Of a stretch of DNA of 64,000 nt, positions 23,272-36,500 are shown piece after piece. Made by a program: the position numbers and the translations under genes. The stretch lies in assembly GCA_051530055.1 (NCBI GenBank), contig CM121342.1, forward strand, positions 10,989,480 to 11,053,479, written 5' to 3'. Source of the DNA: Neoechinorhynchus agilis (Eukaryota; Animalia; Acanthocephala). Below the pieces are notes generated by a model that was not told the origin of the DNA, made no database searches, and saw nothing but the letters and a program-made list of their open reading frames with translations. Position 1 is the first letter of the stretch. Each line of letters begins with the position of its first letter.

Positions 23272-23406
23272 AATGCTTAAGCAGGCTATGGTTATCATTA
23301 ATAAACTGCTGCATTTTAAAACTGCGAATTCAGGGAGAAAAATAAGACATCTTTGAACATTAAAGGCGTAATTTTTTTGAAACAGTTTCTTTTATTATAC
23401 TGTTTG

Positions 23407-23720
23407 TTACACAAACAACAACAAAACGTTTAAACAATCACCACTTCCACGAAGAAGAAGATGCATCGCTCTCCCCTCAGTGGTCGCGACCACACTCGCT
23501 GCGTTTCCTCTTTGGATCGCAAGACCAATGTTTTGGCGTAGGAAGGCACCAGCTCTTGTATTTCCTGTCTTGGCCTGGAGTCTACTCGATAACTCCTTCG
23601 TAAATCTAAGTGCCGAGCTACTGAGCGCACCATGTCTCCACTCCAAAAGGGTACAAAAACGTGAGACTTACTTAATTCTCTATATTTCGCCACCTTTCGG
23701 TCCTCCGCGGCAGTAGCCGA
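23407..23720 (-). mobile_element. CRE-clade 3' fragment
   Basis: AAEDRKVAKYREL, HVFVPF, GALSSSA, FLRQNIGLAIQRGNAAS. Confidence 0.85.
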
Positions 23721-24334
23721 TCAAATTTTTAGATTCAAGCTTTTGGACACATTTAGCTCCAAAAATCCGTAATTAATGTGCATGAATATTAAGGCATTTA
23801 AAAGGAAATTTGGACGCTCAAGATAGTCGAATGGACGAAATCCATGGCTAAACAACTCAGCCTAAAATGTTTAGCGCTAACGGTAAAACCTTTTATTTCG
23901 AAGGCAACATATCTAATGCTTTGCTTTAAAGCATTGATGCGCTTCAAGAAACATGACCGCATGATAAGGACTAAATTAAACACACAAATTGACTTCTCAT
24001 TTTACTGCTATGTTCTGTTGAACGTATAAAGGCCGTAAAGCGAGGCACTGAACATTTCGACTTTTAAATGAGGAGTTTCACCGTAATTGCGAAACATTTT
24101 AAAAAGTTCCTTAATTTAAGAGCGTCGTTATAGCGAAATATCTTATAAAGAACTGCTGTATAATGAGTAAAGGTTTTAACTGATTCCTTATATTGTTTTT
24201 CGCTGATGATGGATGTACGGGACGATGAGCAGCAAAAGAGGCGATCGCGTTAAAACTAGATGGGCAAATATAGATTAAATGGCTTCTTAATCGATCGTTT
24301 GTCGTTAGTACGGTCAAAGCAATTTTTGATTTAT

Positions 24335-26870
24335 TCACACTTGACTTAAAGAAGATGTCTGGGAAGTAGTGGAAACCGTCAAATCGGAATCATTTTCGTC
24401 TACGCTTATAAACTCTTCAGAATCCGCTAGTAAGACAATATCTTCGGAGTCCTTTCTTTTCTTTTCAACGAAATCAATCGGTTTTCGTTCCTTGCACTCC
24501 ACAACTAAATCTCCGTGTTTCATTGTATCATTTTTGACCGAATGAGTTTTCTTTGCGGGTGGCACAGTTTCTGATAAGGAAAAATTGTAGCTAATTGTTC
24601 TTTTACGACCAGCAACTTTTAATTCTGATGAAAGTAGCTTTGATTCCAAAGCGAACGAAGAACGGATGGGCATAAAAACAGAAGCTAAAGAGCCCGCGAT
24701 CGCATTTCTTTGATTTGAGCAATTGAGACCGAAGTGGATTCCTGACATACTCAAAGTAAGTATAAGTTCATCAAAGGCAACTGAGTGGGTTTTGCTCGTT
24801 TGCATGAATTCAGTATAAATCGCGTATCGATGACAAATCGTACCAAGATCATCTAATAAACAGCCACATGCTTTCTTCTAAAGAAGACAAAGAAAACTCA
24901 TGGCCGATATGTTCTTGTCGATTACGTGAGAATATACGGAGATAACAACGCTTAAAGCACTCGCGGAATTGTCTTTATTGCGAGTTGTGGTGAGTAGAAT
25001 GCATAGTTGTCGAATTATTGACAAAAGTGAATCCCTATTGTTATCTAATCCTGATAACGGACCGAATTTGGAGACGTATGCTATAAAGAGTTTCAATGTA
25101 ATAGCTTCAAATTTCTCACTTTTGAATCCTTTCAAAAATAAACTCACAAGGTCTGTTGACTTGGACTGAAGGACGCTCGGGCAACTTTGTGCTATCACGT
25201 AGAAGATATGAATACATTGCATAGTTATTTCTTCATCAATGTCTTGATCCACTAGTTTCAAAAGGTTATCAACCAATGAGAAAACCAATGTGCGATCAAC
25301 GCAATGTATTGTTTTTTCGGCCAATATGCACCCAATCACGGCAAAATACCGTCGAATTAACCATTTCGCGTTGCGTTTTTCGTTCGGTTCAACCAGCCCT
25401 TTTTCGTTAAAGTTAAAATTAGGGAATGTGGTCATTATAGAGGAAAATAGTTTGTTGTGAAAATCGTTTAGTAATTTATTCCAGAAAGCGTTGTATCGGA
25501 TGTAGTCGTTTGATAATAGAATAGGCACTTTCGAGATTGTCCGGCACAGATCCTATTTTATCATTCGGTTGTTATGGAGCACAACGAAACCAGTTTACCT
25601 TATATGGAAATGGATATCCTGTGCTCAGCAATGGCACTAAACAATTTAAAATAGTTTCCGAATTGACGTTCCGGGCATTCTCGTGCCGGAGCTTTTCGAT
25701 TAGAACATTCAGAATTCGAAGACATTGAACAGGGCACTATAAAGGGAAAAGGGTGATTATTTTAAAAAAAATTCAAGAAATGATTGCAATGAAACATTAA
25801 CACAAATACAATCCCCCAAAAAATATCGTGTTTGAAAATCAAATGGCAAAATTGAATTGCCTTGAAAATTCACAGTGAAGAATTCAATAATAAAGCTCGA
25901 GTGTGTAACAATTCGCCATTGAGAATGCAAAATTGAATGTTTGTCTCTGAACTATGGGTGGCGATTGTGGAGGATATCACGAGAAATCAATGATTAATGT
26001 AACACCGAAATTTTTGGGTCTCAATTATTGGTTTTGAACGATTTCTTGTCGGATTTTATTCATCTAACTGGTGAAACTTGTCAAATCGATCCGATCCATT
26101 GAATCAGTTTCGATGGTGTTATACGAAATGGTTTTAAAAGCAGAAAGCTCTTCTCGTATCGACAAATATTTTACTTTCTTCGCGCTGACTTTGACGAAGA
26201 AAAAGCGATCCGAGGACAAAAGATAACGCCTATAATCGATTTCAAAAAAACACCCAGAGAATTTCGCAAAAAAGAGTTCACAGTACAAAAATTATTCACA
26301 AAGTATTGTAAACTTGGCCTAATTTTACGAACTAATGAAGATACATAAAACCTACAATCAATGACTGATGAGGCGAGGTTACCTCCTTCGAAATATTTCA
26401 AATAAATCAAATAAATTATGACAGGGATTAACCCGAAGGATTTTCTCTGTCGATGATTAATGAAGATACCTTCGGTAGGTCGGTCAAAACGCGTTCAGTC
26501 ATGCAACCAATTTTGATTTTGCGGCATTCGTCCATTGATAACTTTTTGAACTCACTAAGAATTGATCCTATGTACTCGTACAACATCATTTGTCGGATCA
26601 ATCGATGATCGGAATCGGACACCAATGTGAGCAAATCATTTAACTGTTTCAACAATACACTTCTCCGATCTGCATTCTTAGCACTTGCCAGGTCATTACT
26701 TAGAGCATCGATTTCCGATTTTATGCCATCAACCGAGAAGATAACAAATCGTTCCCTTACCATTTTTTTACCTTTAACATCCCGTAATATTTCGTAATCA
26801 TTTGATGCGTTGTCTGATTCTGTCGTGTACTTTGACGTTTTAAGGGAATCCTGCGTCCGAAACGCGATAA
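24335..26870 (-). CDS. PELP1: PELP1/Rix1-like HEAT/ARM protein with acidic tail, multi-exon
   Basis: By-eye similarity to PELP1 segments (LLTLVSDSD..LIRQ; CRTISKVPIL..FWNKLL; CIHIFYVIAQSCPSVL). Canonical phase-0 joins AAG|GTATCT..TTATAG|TGC, AAG|GTAAAC..AATAG|GAT, CAC|GTAATC..CTTTAG|AAG. Start uncertain. Confidence 0.55.
25858..25927 (+). mobile_element. Solo terminal fragment of the 14977-17353 PLE family (intronic)
   Basis: CCTTGAAAATTC...CTCGAGTGTGTAACAATTCGCCATTGAGAAT matches the PLE terminus. Confidence 0.75.
26362..26400 (+). ncRNA. Minimal hammerhead motif (intron of PELP1-like gene, antisense to it)
   Basis: TGA CTGATGA GGCGAGG tta CCTCCTTC GAAA TA T T TCA, then AATAAAT. Confidence 0.65.
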
Positions 26871-26886
26871 AATGACTAATTAATCA

Positions 26887-27055
26887 GTTGTTTTTCTCGC
26901 GAAGAAAGATTAAAATGATTTTTATGGTTAAAATTGAATTGATTTCGGTAAAAGCTTTCAGACAACCATGATTAAGAAATGCTGTGTGCCTCGCCAAAAC
27001 CAATCGGATTTTAACCATAAAAATCATTTTAATCTTTCTTCTCGAGAAAAACAAC
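26887..27055. repeat. Foldback element (family of 4793-4900)
   Basis: GAAGAAAGATTAAAATGATTTTTATGGTTAAAAT / ATTTTAACCATAAAAATCATTTTAATCTTTCTTC. Confidence 0.85.
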
Positions 27056-27789
27056 CATTTATGGACAATTCAATATTCGAACGACTAATTAATCGAAATC
27101 ATCAAGAGAAAATCCTTCCCGGCGACGGGGGGTTTTCGAGATATGGTGATCATAATTATCCCGTCGCGGATAAAAGTACATTTTATTGAATTAGGATTCG
27201 CATCATCGTCAGTCATTGTTTCTTAAATTGAATAAAACGTTTTTTGTCGTTTAAATTGAGGAATTTTTCTACACAGTGTGACTGTGTCACAAAATGAAAT
27301 CAATAGAACGGGACATCGAAATTTTTGTCGATTTTCTACCATTTGACGCACAAGTATTGACAAATCCTGAAATATACTTTCACCGCTAATTTCTCACTAA
27401 CCCCCCAATCTAACGAAATTTTCACGCCTCTTAAAAAACGACTGGTAAGGCGAGCTTGCCGCCTATTACTAAAAGACAAAGCTATTTTGACTGTATGGAA
27501 TGCCTGGGCGATCGCAGGCCTGGTCTTTTACTCACGCAGACGTCCGCCTAAACAGCGAATCAAGTTCCAGAGCTCCTTCTTTATTGCTCTACAAAAATCT
27601 TCCTAACTCTTGGGCGCACCCTTCGACTGGTTCGACAGAAGCAATTTATGGACTGACATTGAAAGAAAATAACTATAAATGGCAAGCCTATAGCTAAACG
27701 GAGCCTGCAGACCTATACCACATTCGTTCGTAATCCTAATTTGCATCGTAATCCTAATTCGTTCTCGCAATCCTAATTCCTTTCATCAT

Positions 27790-28102
27790 CCCTCAACCTC
27801 GCACCTCCCTATATCTACGCTCCTTTTTCCACGCTGCCCTATCTTCTCGGATATCATAACATGAAATGATTCTGAGGAAAGACCAACCTTACAAGCTCAC
27901 CTGCAAGCCATAACCACCAATTCCCACCAACTCAATTGGATATTCTCAAACGAATGGACACATCCTCACATGAACGAACCGTCCCCGGCTGGATAGTTCC
28001 TACCCGAATAGACATCCCTCTGACAAGATATTAAATAACGAACGGACATCCCACGACTGCATATACCATATCGACGGATGAGGACCCAAAGGTATACGGG
28101 TT
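27790..28102 (+). repeat. Dispersed repeat family X, copy 2; preceded by (G)TAATCCTAATT x3
   Basis: Shared blocks with 5810-6131. Confidence 0.75.
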
Positions 28103-28149
28103 CTCCTAAACCTTTCTTTGTATTCAATAAACGTCTTATATATAAAAAA

Positions 28150-31100
28150 ACGTTACTTCATTTATTTCATTATCAACACACAACTCCCAATTGAATCCAA
28201 TTTTCCAAAAATCACCACAGTCCGCCAAATTCCAGCTTCTCTCCTCCCTCGACCGTCGCCATCACGCTGGCAGCATTGCCTCGTTGTACTGTCAGCGAGA
28301 TATTTTGTCGCAGGAATACACCTGTTCGTGCATCACCGGTCGTTTCTCTCAATTTCTTCGAGATCCTGGAGCAGAGTGAGTGCCGAGCTGCCAAGCGCTC
28401 CATACATCTCTAGTCCGAAGGGGACAAAATAGTGGGCCCTTGCTAAATCCCTATATTTTCGTAACTTCCTCTCTTCCGCTGCACTGGCGGCACCACCGGC
28501 GATTTCGGGGGAGTAGCGAATGTTGCTGGCTGCGAGGGTGTCCACACGCGTTGCGTCCCAGAGAAGGCATTTGCCCTCCCGCCACGGAAAGACCGAAATT
28601 CCGTTAGGTCGACGACCGTCTAGTCGACAAAGATGGGCGGGTTCCAAGATGTTCCGGAAGTTCACCGTTCCCAACGCCCGAGATATTACGGTATTGATCT
28701 CAGAATGGCGTGAGAACCTTCCTCCTGACGATCGGCAAACGAGACGGCATCGCCAGAAAGCATCAACCATAAACCCACATCCGGGAGACCAAGCTTTAAG
28801 AACACTGCGATCCTCGTTAGCTCATCAGTGAAAAGAGTTTCCACAGATGCCATGTCGATACTGCCAATAATATAGCTCGGACGACCTCATCGCGAGAACC
28901 TGAAAGTAGAGAGCTGTGAGCTCTCGCGACGAAAGGTCTGTCCCAGATCGACTGTCTGAGGCCATCCACGGGAACATGGTTAGCGCCTGTCTACTGGCAC
29001 AATTCTGCAACTGCCACCACAGTCTTGGTAAAGACAAAACTTTTCCCTCAGAATTTTCTTCACTATTGGTTGACTCCCCCATACGATCCAAGTATGGCTG
29101 GCAAGGCAAGGTCTACTAGCACCCGAATGCCCACTACCCCAGATGACACATGCAATGAAGCTTGTCGCCACGCCTCATCTGAGAGCTGGACATTGAAAAT
29201 ACGCTCGAGACAAGCCCTCACCTTGTCGTCAAGCTTAGCCAATCCTTCCTTATGTTTGAAGAATGTTGCTGTGCGGACCCTATATAACAATTTGGGGATA
29301 AAGAGTGCGTTCTTGATCAGAAATAACACGTCGTGAACCGAGAGAGCGCTTACCCTATTGCACAGCAACTTTCGATATGATACGGCCGATCTCAGCTTCC
29401 ATATTTGAATCAAAGACGCAACTAGCCAGGTGGCTGAGCTGCCCGGGAGTCACGAGTTTCAGACCTGGAGCTACGGCCTCGAACCCATCCATTAGCTCCT
29501 TGACTTTGGCGGCTTATTCGATATTTAATACTAGGAGCTCACACCTTCCAGCATTGAGCTCAATGTTCATTCTTGAGATCTCCCTAATCAGCGTCTCCAA
29601 ATCGCGCAGTACAGCGGAGGGATCACCTCCGAGCGTAGCGTCATCCAAGTACCAAGCGTTGAAGCTGGAATGGAGAGAGTGCGCTACTGGATTTACTGTT
29701 AGGGAGAATGCGATTGGACCGAGAGGATCTCCATGCTGCACTCCTCTTTGGGACCAAATGAGGTGGTCTTCGAAAGCAAAGGAGTCGCGGTCCCGTAGGC
29801 ATTGAGAAGATACTAAAAGGCTTCTGGTGCGTGATCCCTAATTGCGCAAAACATACTTTCTCTATTGAGGGAGTTAAAGGCATTCTGAAAATCGCACTTA
29901 AGAATCACGCACGGCTCTGAACTCCTCGTCGTAAACTTTCGCAGCGCGTGGACAATAGCTTTCGCCCCGCAGGATGTGCAGCAGCCCAGTTGGACTGGGC
30001 GAAATTGCTGCCCGCTTTTATCTGTGATACGTTTACAGAGAATTTTCCTGCAAGTCCGCGACGAATCCCACCTTCTTTTTTGTGAGGCACATAATGATGC
30101 TCCGAAAAATAGGTTTTTTGTAACGGGATTCAGGTCCTCTCGAGTCAGGCGGTCGACTAACCGAGAAAGCGCACTTTCTAGAGAGCTGCTTCACCAGTTG
30201 TAAAGGACATCATGTCCTTTAAGTGCTGAGGCCTTAGCCCGTCAAGCCCATGACCCGAGCAATTTGCAAAAGATGAGGTAGCCTTTTTTAACTCTGAAAT
30301 TGGAGTGGGTGTCCTGTGTTGTATCGGAGGAGGTGGAATTTCAAAACTGCCACTACTGCATGGGTTTTTTGACCGGAGTATTTGTAGTGTCGCGTTGTCT
30401 CCTTGTGCAAAACTGTCGGAGGATGACAAGAACCGAACAGCCCCCCCCCGAACATCTCCGTCCGCAAGCTTCGAAGAGACACGTTCAGTCAGGGATCACT
30501 TTGAAAAACGGCAACGAAACCCTTCCTTCATACGTCCCTTACGAACCTCGCGGAGATTCCTTTCAAAATCATTAAATATTTGTTCAAAGGAGGCTAACCT
30601 TTCCTTGATTGTTGATGCCAAAGACACCCCAGAATCATCACTGGCGCAAAGGACTAAGCGCGGGAATGCGAAGTCGTGTCCATGATGGCGTACAGTTATT
30701 TTGGAGGCAATCGTTGAGCAATCCCGTAAATGCGATATCGTGCGCCCTTTGGGATTCGTTTCAGGACGTTCCTGGGCAGAACCCGCACGATATCAGGTAT
30801 CGAAATAGGGTCAGTGGTGATCTGAGAGATCCCAGCCATAAACAGATCGGTTAATTGTGGTGGAGAACCAGACTTACTACAGCGGAGATCCCGGGGACAA
30901 TGGACAGACAAAACCCCCAGATTGGTTAATTTAAAAGACCTACCGCAAACCGGACACACACCAGTAGAGACGCATGGGAGCCCGGCAGCATTGGTCTTCT
31001 CAGGTTGATCATGATCGATGAGTGGCGCGTTCAAGGTGTCTACGTCAGTAGCGTCGATTGTAGGCGATATGAACGCAGTTCGCGATACGTCTTATTTGGT

Positions 31101-31150
31101 CATGGAAAGCTCGTTTTCAAGGCTGGGCTCAACATTTGGCTCCATTGTTG
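28150..31150 (-). mobile_element. Near full-length CRE-clade retrotransposon, many frameshifts
   Basis: N-terminal CPVCG..H..C zinc finger, KRIPKGAR, GLDGLRPQHL, QHGDPLGP, WYLDD, RPNG, WDAT, FVPFGLE, QRGNA. Confidence 0.92.
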
Positions 31151-31380
31151 CCAAAATCTTGCTTGTCTTGATTATAATTGGACGGTCCTTTGGCTCGAAT
31201 TTTAATAGAATTAGAACTTTTTAAGGCTTTAATCTGACATACATGGTCCCGAATTTTGTTGACAATTTGTTCTTAATTTAACAATTTGCTCTTAATTTAA
31301 CAATCAGTTCAAAGAGCACTCGTACGAGAACATCTTGGTTACATTTTTCTCTAGGCATTTAACCTCCAGATCCTCAGAGC

Positions 31381-31640
31381 CAGTGAGTTTCATCTTCTGT
31401 ATCGGCGATAATGGATTTTGAATCCTTTTAGTCTGAAAGCTCAAGTGACACAACTACTGAATGAACAAACGCAGTCAGTTTTATACCTCGGCGTAATTAA
31501 TAACATTTTGTCAAAAGGTTCAAAATCCACGATCGCCGATAGGGAAGATGAAACTCACTGATACTTATGACCTCATAGTTCAGCAGGGTATTAAGTGTGA
31601 TTTTATGCGCTTCCCTGACCAATGAATCGGTGGTGGGCTC
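31381..31640. mobile_element. Two back-to-back copies of the tRNA-derived SINE family
   Basis: AAAATCCA..ATCGCCGATA..GAAGATGAAACTCACTG at ~31381-31422 (-) and ~31521-31560 (+), each behind a B-box-like GG(A)TTCAAAATCC. Confidence 0.5.
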
Positions 31641-31650
31641 TGTGCCAATA

Positions 31651-31751
31651 CAGATTTAGGGCATCTCTTCCTCGACTTTTTAGTTTTCCTTCTTTGCATG
31701 AAGCCACAGCGATATCTGCGGAAAAGTCGAGGAAAGGATGTCCTAAATCTG
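31651..31751. repeat. Short foldback
   Basis: CAGATTTAGGGCATC..TTCCTCGACTTTT / AAAAGTCGAGGAA..GATGTCCTAAATCTG. Confidence 0.8.
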
Positions 31752-32854
31752 AATCAAAGGAATCGACTTGCCAGTAAAAACATTTAAGAACTTAAACATT
31801 AATAAAATATGTCTGATCCAGGATTATGATAACCAAAACTCCAACTCTGTCAATCCGAAGAATATTCCCTCTAGGATATTTTATTGAATCGAGATATTTT
31901 GAAGCATTTATAAAGGTTTTAGTTGTTTTGTCCAGTATTGCTCGACCAACGCAAACGGTCCTAGAACTTCGGGAATGGCGATCCTTATCTTCGTGCTATA
32001 TGACCTCTCAATTTTTCAATCTTTTTATCTTCGTAGTGGCACTTTATAGATATGAAACTTTAAGGCTTTTAAAAGTGCAATCATTGGGAAATGGTGTGGT
32101 AAATGCGTCCTTGTTGTCATCGTGGAGTTATCAAAACGCTAAACTATTTTGACCTTAGTAGAATTTGTTGGTTTTCGATTTTCCCTATCGCATAATTCTG
32201 ATCATAACTCATCACAATCAACGCTACGAATCACCGGATTTTTATAAGATCGCAGGGCATCTTCACAACGCGCACCTAATTCAACTTCACTCTAAATTTC
32301 CGGTTTTTCTTACATATAATCTGGTAAAATGCAACTTGATTTTTCAGCCGCATGATTAATCAAGTTTTGTTTTCGAACATGGACACTTGGACAGAATGGT
32401 AAGGATAAAGAAAACGAAAATTCTTTATTTCTGAGCTTTCGTCGTCTTACGGCTTCCTCCGAATTTATTTTGGGATGTATTTTTTACGAAAACAATTATT
32501 GAGGATGTCGATATGTGTAGTGGGTGTATGATTAGAAGTGTTATTTAGAACTCAATGATGAGTCCCGCCTCCTGTAAGTATCTGAGGATCCGGAGGAATT
32601 TACAAACTCGTACCGGATGGTTCAGTGCATTGATTAATTGAATTACTTCTCTGAACCAAATCGGCGGGCTGTGTGCCCAAAAATTGTCAGCCGTGTGATA
32701 AAAGGCCACACATTGATATAAGTTACCGGCTGTCCAATCTTCATAAAAATTAAAGATATTATTCACAGATTGTTTCTGGTCATGCGACATAAAGAAAAAT
32801 GATTTAATTTTGACAAGTTAGTTTGTTGCTTAAGCGTGTCACCATGTAAAGAAG

Positions 32855-32952
32855 GTCTTATTAATGAGGTTTCGAACCTCGTCGGGTTCATCATTAATTT
32901 GTTAGCTATTAGAATATGAACCCGACGAGGTTCGAAGCTTCATTAATAAGAC
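32855..32952. repeat. Short foldback
   Basis: GTCTTATTAATGAGGTTTCGAACCTCGTCGGGTTCAT / ATGAACCCGACGAGGTTCGAAGCTTCATTAATAAGAC. Confidence 0.85.
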
Positions 32953-33229
32953 GTTCTCTACCATGTGAAGAGCAAAATAGCAATACTAATTCCTGAAGAA
33001 GCCGTCAGACCGCGATAGCTCCATAATAAAGATTTTCCTTTTTCTTTATTATTACAACAGCCGCCAAAGTGCCCATTTAAAACAAAAACTTACATATATT
33101 TATATCAGCGTCCTGTTCTAATTTCCACTATCCAATTTTGAAGCCACTTCTTATTTCTTGTCTACTTGTTTTTACCTTTTTATTTACTTATTTAATATTT
33201 CGAACAAAATAGATAGTGTTAGATCATTC

Positions 33230-34980
33230 ACACCACCGCTCTGGATCACTCAGCTGCCGTCCTGGTGTAACGGCCGAAAGGACGAATGCAGCGTTCCTTC
33301 CCGTTGCACAGCCACACTTATGTTTTGTAGGAGGAATGCTCTTTATCTCTGATAGCCAGTGATCCGTCTCAATCTTTTCGACAATTGATTGACCAGGTCC
33401 TGGGCCACGGTACCAAACGACCCGAGTGCCTCGATGCCAAAGGGAACGAAATAGTGATTTCGATTCAGGTCAAAGTATTTGGTCCTTTTGCGTTCCTCAG
33501 CGGTGGTTGCTGCTCCCCCTGGTTTAATGGTGGCGAACTTTATGTTGCTGGCTGCGAATGGCGTTCCAGGGAAGGCATTTTCCTTCTCGCCACGGGATTA
33601 CGGTGATACCGTCCGGTCTACGGCGCCCATCGAATTGGCAGAGATTGCTCGTCTCTAGGATGTTTTGATCATTCACAGTATTCAGGGCACGACTAAGAAT
33701 TGCGTTCACTTCGGCGTGTCGTGAGTACCGTCCGCCTGATTGCCGACAGACGAGATCATGGCGTCCCGATAGTTCCACGGTCGCTCCTCAACGGCAGCGA
33801 TGGGATGTGCACATCGGTACGCCAAATCTCAGAGACACTGTAATCCTTACTGTCTCGTCGGAGAGAAGGGTACCCACAGAAGCGATTGGGATAGCCTTGA
33901 GCCAAGCACCCAATTCTCTTGTAGAGACTGCCGCCAATCGAGTTCGATTCACCAGGTCACGAGAATCGGAAATTAAGGAGTTATGAATTCTCGCTACCAA
34001 GGGTGAGTCCCAAGCTGATTGTTTGCAACCATTGACGGGGACCTGCTCACTGCGTGAATCTCCACACCAAAGATTAAGAGCCTCCACGAAATCTTCATCC
34101 AAAGTGTAATTCTCGCCAAAAACGGGTGGAACTATTTTGCGGCTTACTTCACGCGATCCCAAATAAGTTGGCAGAGAAATATCGACTGCTATTCAGATAC
34201 CAAACCGCTGGACAACACAGGCAACGAAGTTTGTCGCCAAGCCTCGTCTGACAACTGAGTATTTAAAATTTTCTCAAGAGAAGCTTTCACCGTCTCGTCC
34301 ACTTTTGCCAGCTTCTTCCTATGTCTAAAAAAGGTGCTGTGCGCAGGTTATACATCATTTTTTGAATGAAGAGGGTGTCTTTGATCAGGAGCAGAGCCTC
34401 GTGTGAAGATAATTTATTAACTCGTTCGCATAGCACCGAAAGTTGGAGTTGAAGATTATCAATATCTGCTTCAACATTAGAATCAAAAATGCAGCTTCCT
34501 AGAAGACTCAGCCGGTCGAGAGTGGCCAGGTTCTGAAAAATTTTCACGATAGTTTGCCTGGACGCCTGATCTTCCACGTTCATCACTACAATTTCGCATT
34601 TTGCAGCATTCAACTCAATGCCAATTTTCGCCATCTCCTTCACGAGTGTCTCCAAATCGCGCAGTACAACCTCCAAGCGTGGCATCATCCAGATACCAGC
34701 CGTTAAAGTTGGACTGAAGAAAATATGCGACGGGATCCACTGCGAGTGAGAAGGCTATTGGGCCCAAAGGATCCCATTGTTGAACTCCTCTTTCTAACAA
34801 CAAAACGTAGTTATCGAACAACAAGAGAGTAACAGTCCCATAGGCATTAACGAAATAGCGAAATGCTTCTGGTGCGTGATCTCTAACTACTTTGAGCAAC
34901 GTTTTCCTCCTGCAAAGCAATACAATAAATAATTGGATTGATCTCACCCTGACGAATAAGCAGCCAATGGCGACCATACA
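33230..34980 (-). mobile_element. 5'-truncated CRE-clade retrotransposon
   Basis: GVQQWDPLGP, WYLDD, LGAWLKAIPIASVG, GRHDLVC, RRPDG, FVPFGIE. Confidence 0.9.
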
Positions 34981-35149
34981 AAACTAAAACACTGTCAATG
35001 GAAAATTGTAATTGGACAGAATTTGGAAAATATCCAATCTGTTATTAATAAATCATAGAAAACTATATTTGAAGTTTATCTTAAATTCGTTCAGTTTGTT
35101 GTTGACAAGAAAGAGAAACATTCAGCTTATTGAAAAGGATCTGTTATTC

Positions 35150-36500
35150 GACAAGGAACGATATCATTTTACTATAACGGGGAGGCTCTAATACCTTCAT
35201 CGTAAACTAAATCATAATTCTAAAGAACTATATCGCTTAGTAAATCATCTATTACCTGTAAACCTCATTCTCAAAACATTACCGCGATTTTTGTGATAAA
35301 GCATTGATGTTCTAAAAAGTTTCCACATTACTACAAAACAAATCTAATGATTACGTTATAAATTTATATTATTTTATTATGACAAAGGAAAAAGTTTTAT
35401 AGCAACCGCAAATAAAATGCTGAATGAACCTTTAATATAATCACTGAGTTTAGAAAAGCTTCCTTGATAAAATTGAGTCAAAAACAACATGATTTAAAAT
35501 GGGTAGCGGCAAGTTTTGATTTGGAACTAAATTATATACATTAAACCAAATTACATCCATTACTAATAATCGGCTCTTTGAAATTGACGAAAATCGATAT
35601 TTTGCAATATTTCTTTAATCACTCTTGAAGCCCCAAAGAAAATTGCTATTATAGTTTGGTACTTGTCTAGGTATTCGCAATAAAATACCTCTGTTTCGAT
35701 TTCAACACAGTGATTCCACTACGCTAAAATACGAAAAGATAAGGAAGCGAAGAGTGTTTAATGGAACCCTTTGGGCTGCAATAAAGTCAAAAAGCAAAGT
35801 ATGATACTTCACATCAAGATCTGCAAATATTCCACAGCCGATATAGTAGCACTGAAATTCGGCGGGTTAACTGTGGTAGCAAATTTGCACTGTTTCATGT
35901 TCTACAAAAATTTTCTTTAGCAATATAAACTTTCATTCCGTTCTACATGATAATCTATACCCTCAAAGATTGCCTTATTAATATAGCAGGTTGCGAATGA
36001 TAGTAGTACAAATCTACGAACTTACCAGTAATTACAGTAGATTTTACAGAATGTTTAATGCCTTAAGGTAATGGAGCTTAAAACTCAACGTAAGCTTTTT
36101 TACTATATAGGTTCAAATAAGTGGCAAAAGAAATATACAAGATCGTTGGCATAAATTTAGACAAATGATCGTATCCGTACTTTCGACATCTGAAGGAAAC
36201 ATTGTTAGAATTTTTTAAAAGACAAATACAATTCTGTGTAGTTTAAACTGTTCACGACAACTCTAGAGACATTGGGTGCTGTTATTGGGAAAATTCCTGA
36301 AGCACTTGTTTTTCTTGGCGTTGACTCATGTGCTTAACATAAACGCATATAATGAAATTCGATTTGATCCTAATGTGATCAGAGAGTACTAGACGTTTGA
36401 AGGCCACTTATTAGAACTTCGTTGCTATGAATTCTAGAACTATAAATGCCTGACTGTGAATAGCTTTTGTCGTGATAGTGGGTTTTTAACCTGTGATTTT
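35150..36500 (+). mobile_element. Possible decayed L2/CR1-like LINE
   Basis: Weak echoes only (KELYRLVNHL, YKIVGINLD); no long ORF. Confidence 0.25.

Noticed and set aside
32993-33021. Hammerhead-like CTGAAGA a GCCG..CCGC GATA GCT C
   Set aside because: GAAA is mutated and stem I is absent; at most a relic.
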